Source: an uncultured Oligoflexus sp. (lineage in GTDB: Bacteria > Bdellovibrionota_B > Oligoflexia > Oligoflexales > Oligoflexaceae). From it: a stretch of DNA of 18,449 bases. Positions 1 through 6,812 of the stretch are shown in pieces (positions within the stretch are counted from its first letter, which is position 1; the number at the start of each line of letters is the position of its first letter). Under the pieces are notes generated by a model. That model was not told where the DNA came from and did no database searches. It saw nothing but the letters and a program-made list of their open reading frames with translations. The position numbers and the translations under genes were made by a program. The stretch lies in the NCBI GenBank assembly GCA_964236955.1, contig CAXSGP010000094.1:1-18449 (forward strand), written 5' to 3'.

Positions 1-48
1 GAAAGATGACTCCGATTGCGATAGGAAAGAGCATCAACTTTCAATTGG

Positions 49-1068
49 CTAATTCTTAAGCGACACATACCCTGAAATTTTCCGTGACGAGAATATCCCA
101 AACTTCCTTATCGACAACAGGGATTGTCCTGGAAAATCAGGTCCGATATCATCTCTCCACTTTAGAGGAGCACGAGGGATCACCCCATTAACTCTTTTGA
201 TATATGGTTTAGCAGGTTGGCTTTCCAAATAAATTGAACCGTAGACTTTGAAGCCCTTGGATTCGAATTCGTCCTTAATTTCTTTCGGGCATTCGTCCGA
301 CAAAGAACTGAAGGGAAGACCCAAAATTTCATTTATTCGGAATCCTTCTCCGCGTTGTGTCATCCATAAATCAGCATAAAGAGGATGATGTCTCTTAAGA
401 TAACTGTGAACTGCTTTAAAGACTTCTGGAGTTACAAGGTCTTCGTGTCCGCGACGATTACTCTTCCGTTAGTCGAAGGCTTCGAATTGCCTGTAGTTTT
501 TGTACTGGATATGCTTTTTACGTTTCAACCATTTCACGAAATGGTTCAGGCTGTTGATAACCTTGTTGCAGGAGCTGACTGCAAGTGGTTCGCCTTCGCG
601 TGTCATCGCTTCCTTCTTGAGCCAATCGTTTAATTCTTCGCCAAATTCACCCCATTCGTTGCAGTCCACCAATTTCTGCACGCTGACAAAAAACGGTATC
701 CCGAAGTTAACGAGCATAGACAAATCTTGTTGAGCTGAGCGCGGTTGGTCCTCGTGCCGCCATTCAGAATAATCGTGAACGAGTTGGGTGACCTTGATGT
801 TTGATCGCCAGTTTTGACGTTCTAGTAGTCGAACTTCCTTGATCAAGTAATCACGCAGGTTCGCTTTAGCCCAATCCTTTGCGGCCTCAGGTGACCTGAA
901 CTGGCCGGTCTTTTTGATCGGAATCACGACCAAGTCCCCTGTCACAAAGCTGATATAACGAACGGAAAAAAAGCCGCCTCCATATTTACGTAAGCGCACT
1001 CTTTCGAGTAAGGCATCGCCCTGAGGGATAGTAGGCAAGGTTGCTGGCTGTGTAGATGCTGTTGACAT
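49..1068 (-). pseudogene. Degraded tyrosine recombinase / phage-type integrase
   Basis: ORFs 469..1068 and 49..363 are in the same frame, separated by one TAA (469-471); read-through gives ...QFEAFD*RKSNRRGHEDLVTPEVFKAVHSYLKRHHPLYADLWMTQRGEGFRINEILGL, which contains the box I motif G-x-R-x-x-E-x-x-x-L. The N-terminal part resembles arm- and core-binding domains (LAVSSCNKVINSLNHFVKWL). A frame change at the A4 run 133-136 restores the typical K...SRTIPVVDKEVWDILV segment. HxxR and the catalytic Tyr are not seen in the window. GGAG SD lies just upstream of the ATG. Confidence 0.85.
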
Positions 1069-1071
1069 GAT

Positions 1072-1119
1072 TGCTCCGATTCAAAGTTTTAGTCGATTAC
1101 CAAACTGTTTTTCGGAGCA
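1072..1119 (-). promoter_or_regulatory. Hairpin sequestering the integrase Shine-Dalgarno
   Basis: TGCTCCGA (1072-1079) and TCGGAGCA (1112-1119) are a perfect 8-bp inverted repeat, with inner pairing AGTTT 1085-1089 / AAACT 1102-1106. In the minus-strand mRNA the 3' arm is UCGGAGCA, containing the GGAG SD of the integrase. Confidence 0.6.
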
Positions 1120-1247
1120 CAGAACGCAGAATAATTAATTACCCAACAAGGTCACTTCGTAAGAATTGATGGAGGCAACACTCACCATGAATTTTCGACA
1201 AAATAAAAAGACCCCCAGCAATGCCGAGGGTCTTAAAACTTTGAATC
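1078..1247. repeat. Perfect 14-bp inverted repeat pair flanking 142 bp
   Basis: GATTCAAAGTTTTA (1078-1091) is the exact reverse complement of TAAAACTTTGAATC (1234-1247). Confidence 0.9.
1201..1234 (-). terminator. Intrinsic terminator between rpsD and the integrase
   Basis: Minus strand AAGACCCTCGGCA-T-TGCTGGGGGTCTT followed by TTTATTT: GC-rich stem with G-U pairs and a U tract. Confidence 0.8.
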
Positions 1248-1271
1248 AAAGTGAGAGTGATACTCACTCTT

Positions 1272-1381
1272 ATGACAAATAGCAGGTCTTATGATTTCAA
1301 GTACTTACCACTTTGGTCCACTGCTGTTCCTAAGGTTTGCAAGACGTTGAAATCATTAAAGAAAACTGCTTAGTATGTCAT
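1272..1381. repeat. ~110-bp imperfect palindrome with two inverted IHF-like sites (candidate att/recombination site)
   Basis: Nested inverted matches ATGACA 1272-1277 / TGTCAT 1376-1381, AGCAG 1281-1285 / CTGCT 1366-1370, ATGATTTCAA 1291-1300 / TTGAAATCAT 1347-1356. TTTCAAGTACTTA (1295-1307, +) and TTTCAACGTCTTG (1340-1352, -) each differ at one position from the IHF consensus WATCAANNNNTTR. Confidence 0.6.
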
Positions 1382-1383
1382 TT

Positions 1384-1995
1384 TTACTTACTGTAGAATT
1401 CAATAACCTGACCAATTTCAACCGGAAAAGGAATGCTTTCATGAGAAGGCTGAAGCACGATCGTCGTAACTTTCGAACCCTCGTCAAAACCGATCCACTC
1501 AGGCCGAGCCAGAGCAGGTTGCTCAAGGCTAGCGATCACGTGTGTGAACTTCGAACCTTTCGAAGTCATGCCGATTTTGTGATCTTTCTTTACGATAAAG
1601 GCAGGCTTGTCGACACGTTGAGCATTCACAACGACGTGACCGTGAACGATCAGCTGACGAGCAGCAATGATCGTACGAGCATAGCCAGCGCGGAACAGTA
1701 CGTTATCCAAACGGCTCTCGAGGAACTGAACAAGGTTCTCACCTGGATTTCCGCGTTTCTGAAAGCTCATATCGACGAAACGACGAAGTTGTTTTTCGCC
1801 CATTCCGTAGTTAAAACGGAGTTTTTGTTTTTCGCGAAGCTGGGTACCGTAAACAGACAGTTTCTTACGCTGCTTGCCTTGGTGCATACCAGGTGGATAG
1901 GCTTTGCGTTCATCCCACTTCTTGCTGGAGAGACCGGGAAGCTGCACCCCTAGGGAACGCATAATTCTGAGACGGGGGCCATTGTATCGAGCCAT
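1384..1995 (-). CDS. rpsD: 30S ribosomal protein S4, Cys-free (non-zinc) form, stand-alone
   Basis: MARYNGP start, PPGMH, YGTQLREKQKLRFNYG, LESRLDNVLFRAG, ARQLIVHGHVVVN, terminal VIEFYSK; GAGG SD at 2001-2004; no cysteine in the 203 aa. Confidence 0.98.
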   Translation of the reverse strand: MARYNGPRLRIMRSLGVQLPGLSSKKWDERKAYPPGMHQGKQRKKLSVYGTQLREKQKLRFNYGMGEKQLRRFVDMSFQKRGNPGENLVQFLESRLDNVLFRAGYARTIIAARQLIVHGHVVVNAQRVDKPAFIVKKDHKIGMTSKGSKFTHVIASLEQPALARPEWIGFDEGSKVTTIVLQPSHESIPFPVEIGQVIEFYSK

Positions 1996-2050
1996 TATAA
2001 CCTCAATTTCTCTGCATCGGTTTTATCGTCAACGGTAGCCTAACTACACC

Positions 2051-2078
2051 AATTATGGGCATAATTCAACCGATTATG
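2051..2078. promoter_or_regulatory. Palindromic operator-like site upstream of rpsD
   Basis: AATTATG-GG-CATAATT (2051-2066) is a perfect 7-2-7 inverted repeat; a third half-site GATTATG sits at 2072-2078. On the minus strand these read CATAAT (-10-like), one preceded by TGn. Confidence 0.4.
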
Positions 2079-2127
2079 ACACTTGCAGCCAAAATCTTAT
2101 GGTCGCATTCCGTCGAAAAAGCCCGGA

Positions 2128-2373
2128 TCAAATCGTTCCGAGTTCAGCCAACGCTCTTTCCACATCCTCGCGGAGCTCGGGACGCGAGCGCAAAAGGCGC
2201 TCAGCAAACGGCTTCGAAGTGCCATCGACAAAGGCCAGCTCAATGAGCTCATCCACATCAATGCGTCGGACATTAGTAATGGTCCGGCTTGCACGTCCGA
2301 GAAGGCGCTTAAAATAAAGCTCGTCAAAAGACTCGGCTACTTCAGAGAGAGCAGTCGTTTCAGTCTGATTCAT
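2128..2373 (-). CDS. Small hypothetical helical protein (81 aa)
   Basis: Start moved to MNQTETT (ATG at 2373, GGGTGGG upstream); natural-looking charged, helical composition; co-oriented with rpsD; no family recognised. Confidence 0.65.
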   Translation of the reverse strand: MNQTETTALSEVAESFDELYFKRLLGRASRTITNVRRIDVDELIELAFVDGTSKPFAERLLRSRPELREDVERALAELGTI

Positions 2374-2689
2374 AATCCCACCCGTGAGCAAACTGTTTGA
2401 AGCCGTTGGCGCATAATTTAAGAGTACAAAGATACTCAAATTCATAAGAGACAGGCCAATTGGCCAAAAACCCTAAACCCCCTAGGAGTCAAGAACTTAG
2501 GGAGTTTCCGCTAAGGCCTCATCTAGGCAGCATCTATAGACACAACAAATTCCGTTGACAAGCAAAAAAATAAGTCCGCACTAGCAGACTAGCACCCTAA
2601 TCAAAGAGCTAAATTACTGATATCCCATTAAAAAGTATTATCGAGGCACAAATTTAGTGCTACTATTTGAAAAATAGTTCGAAAATAGT

Positions 2690-2721
2690 AAAACATAAAG
2701 GCTCCTGTTACCAGAAGCCTT
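2690..2721 (-). terminator. Intrinsic terminator after the small secreted protein gene
   Basis: Minus strand AAGGCTTCTG-GTAA-CAGGAGCCTT then TATGTTTT; GNRA loop; starts 14 nt after the stop at 2736. Confidence 0.7.
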
Positions 2722-2735
2722 GAGTGCAGGCTGAC

Positions 2736-2993
2736 TTAGTTTCCAGCTGGAGCAGGAGTGGGAGTTGATCCAGCAGGGGCAGAGTCACCACTTGGAACGG
2801 CCGTTTCAGGAGTCGAACTGCCTGCTCCTGGCTCTTGTTCGTAGGAAGGAACTTCTTCCGCCGGAACTTGAGTTTCTTCCTTGACTGGAAATTCTTCCTG
2901 AGCTTTAGTTTCTGATTCCTTTGACTTATCAGATCCACACTTGCCAGCCATAGCGATGACGGAGAGGCCAACAACAACGAGAAGCTTTTTCAT
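2736..2993 (-). CDS. Small disordered secreted protein / probable lipoprotein (85 aa)
   Basis: Real start is probably MKKLLVVVGLSVIAMAGKC (ATG 2993, GAGGA SD at 3001-3005): signal peptide with Cys, then an E/P/A/T/S-rich low-complexity tail; followed by a terminator. Confidence 0.8.
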   Translation of the reverse strand: MKKLLVVVGLSVIAMAGKCGSDKSKESETKAQEEFPVKEETQVPAEEVPSYEQEPGAGSSTPETAVPSGDSAPAGSTPTPAPAGN

Positions 2994-3463
2994 CTTTCGA
3001 TCCTCAAGAAAATGAAACGACCAAATACTAGCAGCCGTTACTAAACAAGTTAGAGCGATTTTGCCAGCGTAATTATCTGAATTCATCCCTAAGATCTGGA
3101 AAATCCTGACAGCTTCCCTCGCCAAAAATGCCAAGCTGTCTTTTATTTGAGACAGACTACTTAATTCCCAGGACTTAAAACCGGGCCCTTCATGCATTGT
3201 TCTAATCGGACACCCCCAAACCATGATCGACGGCTTAGCTAAAGACAGAAATTGGATTTGCCTGCGATTGGCCCTGATTGAAGATCGAGTGGGTATAGGG
3301 ATTTTGCCCGAAATCTTGGCCTTAAGGGCTACCGGTGGCATGCCCATTCGGCTCCGGACTGAATGGGCGACCCTTTGCCGAGATAATGGCAACGAATGGA
3401 CCGAAAATACAGGCTTGGCTTTAAAAAGCGACTGCTATATAAGCCATAATGAGGTGTAAAAAT

Positions 3464-4120
3464 ATGAAATTTGCCTGTGCACTCGCGATGATCGCTTTTG
3501 GCCTTAATGCTTGCAGCAAACCCTATTCAACAAATTTGCCGACCAAACTCATTCTGGATCCCAAGGAACAGCTTGGTTGTGTAATGACGTCGATTAGCCG
3601 CAACAAAAGTATTGAGCCTCATTTTCGTACTTACGAATTCATCTTTAAAAGCCGTGACAGTGCCCTGAGCAAGCTCTCCATGCTTTACCGTGCCGACTAC
3701 GGATTACTGAGCCTGCCGGAAGATGACACTTTTCTCATCGACTTTGATCAGGATGGATTTGCAGGCGTCGTCTATATGCGCATTCTGCCTGCCGGCAATT
3801 ATTATGCAGAAAAAGCTAAATTTATTGGCCAGGCCGTCCAACTGGAAGCAGCCAAAAACCAAGCGGAGCCCTTTGATATCAAAGCAGGAATCTGTACCTA
3901 CATAGGCGAAATGCGGGTGACACCGTTGACCGGCAAAGGCCTGATGGGTCGCACCACCTTAAAAAGTGCAAAAATCGATATTGTGAATTCATGGTCTCGG
4001 GACGCTGAGCTTTTCAAAAAAATCTATCCCGAACTAGATGTGAGTTCGGTAAAGGTCGAAGTCCTTCATTCATCGCCAGCACGAATCGGCGTAAGCCAGC
4101 CGACTCCTTCCGCTGGATAA
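3464..4120 (+). CDS. Hypothetical lipoprotein (beta-rich)
   Basis: MKFACALAMIAFGLNAC lipobox; GAGGTG SD at 3451-3456 favours ATG 3464; motifs LPAGNYY and FDIKAGICTYIGEM typical of beta-sandwich lipoproteins. Confidence 0.75.
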   Translation: MKFACALAMIAFGLNACSKPYSTNLPTKLILDPKEQLGCVMTSISRNKSIEPHFRTYEFIFKSRDSALSKLSMLYRADYGLLSLPEDDTFLIDFDQDGFAGVVYMRILPAGNYYAEKAKFIGQAVQLEAAKNQAEPFDIKAGICTYIGEMRVTPLTGKGLMGRTTLKSAKIDIVNSWSRDAELFKKIYPELDVSSVKVEVLHSSPARIGVSQPTPSAG

Positions 4121-4124
4121 ATCA

Positions 4125-4868
4125 TCAACTCAAACGCTCAAGGAATAGCTTGAGGCGGCTATGCTGCGGCTGATCAAAAAAGGCAGCAGGACTGGCCCGT
4201 TCGACGATCTTGCCGGCTTCTAGGAATATACATTCCGTTCCGACGTTTCGAGCGAACCGCATTTCATGGGTGACGATCACCATGGTCATGCCTTCTTTGG
4301 CAAGCTGCACCAGAATATCCGTCACCTCATGAACCAGTTCAGGATCAAGAGCCGAGGTAGGTTCGTCACAAAGCAAAACTTTAGGTTTGTTGGCCAGGGC
4401 TCGGGCGATACCAACTCGTTGCTGTTGACCTCCCGAGAGTTGACTGGGATACTTCCGGGCCTGATTTTCAAGCCCCACACGGCCGAGAAGGGCAAGGGCC
4501 TCCTCCTCGGCTTTTTGCTTGGATAACTTTGCAATCAGCCGCGGTCCAAGGGCCACGTTGTCGAGAACAGATAGATGAGGAAAGAGCTCAAACCGCTGAA
4601 AGACCATCGCCGTCTGCTGGCGGATTTTGTGCAATGGAACCTTCGAGCGATAATCCTGGCCACAGACCTCGATGCGACCGCTGTCGATCGATTCCAGAGC
4701 GTTCATAGTGCGAAGGCAGGTCGACTTCCCACTTCCCGAAGGACCGATCAGACAAAGGACATCGCCTTCAAAAACCTGAAGATCCAATGCATCAAGGACG
4801 GTAATGGAATGACCAGAACTCACGAACGTCTTGGTCACACCCTGCATGCTGATCAAACTTTTTTTCAT
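4125..4868 (-). CDS. Polar amino acid ABC transporter ATP-binding protein (GlnQ/ArtP family)
   Basis: Walker A GPSGSGKST, MVFQRFELFPH, LSGGQQQRV signature, Walker B LLCDEPTSALDPEL, VTHEM. Confidence 0.96.
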   Translation of the reverse strand: MKKSLISMQGVTKTFVSSGHSITVLDALDLQVFEGDVLCLIGPSGSGKSTCLRTMNALESIDSGRIEVCGQDYRSKVPLHKIRQQTAMVFQRFELFPHLSVLDNVALGPRLIAKLSKQKAEEEALALLGRVGLENQARKYPSQLSGGQQQRVGIARALANKPKVLLCDEPTSALDPELVHEVTDILVQLAKEGMTMVIVTHEMRFARNVGTECIFLEAGKIVERASPAAFFDQPQHSRLKLFLERLS

Positions 4869-4877
4869 TGCGTCGCC

Positions 4878-5651
4878 CTACCCCACCCGCAAACGGCGCT
4901 CGAGATAACGACCATAGCTACTCAGCACGGTGTTCACGAGGCAATAGAGAATCGCAACAACAAACCAGGTTTCAAAGCTCTTAAAGGACACGGCGACGAT
5001 GTTAAGCGCCGACTTAGTGATATCGCCGACGGAGATCACCGAAACCAACGAGGAATCTTTTACCAGGCTAACGAATTGTCCAACCAGTGCCGGCAGCATT
5101 CGCCTGAGAACCTGAGGCGCCGCAATACGATAGGCGATTTGCCATGAGGCCAAACCCATGGCCTTCGCGGCATCGATTTGCCCTTTCTCAAACTCGAGTA
5201 CCGCGCCTCGAAAAATCTCGGCGACATAGGATGCGCAAAAAAGGCTTAAGGTCACAATCCCTGCCATTTCCGGTTGCATTTCGATGGCGGTACCCACGAT
5301 AAAATACATGACGTAGAGCTGAACCAACACGGGCGTGTTGCGAAACACATCGACAAAGATCACGGCGACCCAGCGGGCGATCGGCTCTCGCCCCATCATG
5401 CAGGCCCCAAGCAACAGCCCCAGGAAACCACCCCAGATGATACTGAGAAAGCTGACCTTAAGGGTGATCCATAGTCCTTGGAGGAGAAGGCCTGGCGCGT
5501 TATTCAAAGGATCCCAGATATAGTCTTTGAGAAAGCCAAAGTCCCAATCGTAATCAAGACTTTTAAAGCTGGAATAGACCCACCAGGAGACGACGCCGAG
5601 ACCGAGCAAACTCAGACAGCTCCAAAACCAGGCCAAACGCTTTTCGTGCAT
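4878..5651 (-). CDS. Polar amino acid ABC transporter permease (HisM/GlnP family)
   Basis: FRNTPVLVQL, SYVAEIFRG, EAA loop GQIDAAKAMGL, LVKDSSLVSVI; several hydrophobic segments. Confidence 0.95.
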   Translation of the reverse strand: MHEKRLAWFWSCLSLLGLGVVSWWVYSSFKSLDYDWDFGFLKDYIWDPLNNAPGLLLQGLWITLKVSFLSIIWGGFLGLLLGACMMGREPIARWVAVIFVDVFRNTPVLVQLYVMYFIVGTAIEMQPEMAGIVTLSLFCASYVAEIFRGAVLEFEKGQIDAAKAMGLASWQIAYRIAAPQVLRRMLPALVGQFVSLVKDSSLVSVISVGDITKSALNIVAVSFKSFETWFVVAILYCLVNTVLSSYGRYLERRLRVG

Positions 5652-5655
5652 CGGA

Positions 5656-6471
5656 TCACTTCAAGCTTTCTGGAAATTTGTTTTTCCAAACGAGATCCAC
5701 AAAGTTTGCTTTATAGGCTTTGTCGTAATCACCCGATTTGCGCCATCCCGCGAGAAACGCGTTGAAACTTTCGATCAAAGTCACATTCTTTTTATTGGCG
5801 GCGACTGCGAGATATTCCTTGGAAACGAGATCATTCAAAACGCCGACTTTGCCAGCGCGGCTCGATGCATAGATTTCGACAAAAGGTTTGTCATAAACGA
5901 AAGCGTCAGCCTTGCCGAGTGCCACGGTCTGAGCGGCGTCGGCCTCGCTATCCATGCGGCGAAGCTCGGCATTCTTGAAATTTTCCTTGGCAAAGAAATC
6001 ACCCGTCGTACCCAGTTTAAGAACTATGATTTTGCCTTTTTGATCGAGTTCCTGCCAGGTCTTCACGGCCCCAAGATTCTTTTGGGCCAGAAGAATTTTA
6101 AGACCCGCCTCAAAATAGGGCTCACTAAAGAGCACGGCCTTGGCGCGATCAGGCTTGATCGTCATACCAGAGCTGATCAGATCGTATTTGCCAGCGATCA
6201 GACCAGGAATGATGCCTTCCCATTTGCTGCTTACAAAATCGAGCTTCACATTCAACGATTTCGCAAAGGCCTGCATCATTTCAACATCGAACCCAACCCA
6301 TTCCCCCTGCGGCGTGCGCATTTCGAAGGGTAGAAAACCAGGTTCGATTCCTACCTTCAGAACACCCTCTGCCTTCACTTTGGCCAGTGAGAATTTATCG
6401 TCGGCCCGAGCCTGAACACTCAGACTCAATAGAAGCAGGAGAAGGACGTGGCAACGCTTTAGAAAAACCAT
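5656..6471 (-). CDS. Amino acid ABC transporter substrate-binding protein (SBP family 3)
   Basis: Signal peptide (LLLLLLSLSVQARA), FLPFE, GFDVEM, WEGIIPGLIAGKYD, GMTI...R, FSEPY, GTTG; start placed at MVFLKR (ATG 6471). Confidence 0.93.
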   Translation of the reverse strand: MVFLKRCHVLLLLLLSLSVQARADDKFSLAKVKAEGVLKVGIEPGFLPFEMRTPQGEWVGFDVEMMQAFAKSLNVKLDFVSSKWEGIIPGLIAGKYDLISSGMTIKPDRAKAVLFSEPYFEAGLKILLAQKNLGAVKTWQELDQKGKIIVLKLGTTGDFFAKENFKNAELRRMDSEADAAQTVALGKADAFVYDKPFVEIYASSRAGKVGVLNDLVSKEYLAVAANKKNVTLIESFNAFLAGWRKSGDYDKAYKANFVDLVWKNKFPESLK

Positions 6472-6758
6472 AGTGACTCTCTCTTTTAAGGTCCGCTGAG
6501 ACCCCACAAGATAACCGACCGAAAGCGTGAAGCAAAGTTCTAATTATCGGCCCCTGACCTCATCAAAAACAGGGAGTGGCCGATAGTGTATAAAAGTCCG
6601 TCATCGATGCTTCCCTTGTCATCGATATAACCAATTGAATTAATTAATTATTTCTAATACTGTCGGCAAAATATCCGAACCGGTGCCCATTAAGGCCCAA
6701 GCTCTAATACAAGTCTCTGAAATCATTACAGATATAAAAAAGTGCGAAGACCGCCCGT

Positions 6759-6774
6759 TGGTACACATCTTGAA
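6759..6774 (+). promoter_or_regulatory. Putative sigma-54 (-24/-12) promoter
   Basis: TGGTAC-ACATC-TTGAA versus consensus TGGCAC-N5-TTGCW: correct spacing, two mismatches, 38 nt upstream of the lectin lipoprotein ATG. Confidence 0.4.
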
Positions 6775-6812
6775 AGTGTCGAAGCATATCTTAAAATAAA
6801 CGGGGCTAAGGC

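Noticed and set aside
1..59. Possible 3' end of a plus-strand gene entering from the left
   Set aside because: Two frames are open for under 20 codons; too short to call.
1069..1383. tRNA, tmRNA or CRISPR array at the integrase-proximal site
   Set aside because: No cloverleaf, T-loop/CCA pattern or regularly spaced direct repeats could be found by eye.
1375..1953. 192-aa plus-strand ORF antisense to rpsD
   Set aside because: Mirror frame of a conserved, codon-biased ribosomal gene; no recognisable motif or SD.
2589..2612. CIRCE-like sequence CTAGCACCC...GAGCTAA
   Set aside because: The right arm and spacing do not fit TTAGCACTC-N9-GAGTGCTAA, and no chaperone gene is adjacent.
2994..3392. 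N-terminal extension making a 218-aa ORF, and the 78-aa ORF 3223..3459
   Set aside because: The SD and signal peptide point to a start at 2993; the extension and the opposite-strand ORF look like translated intergenic DNA.
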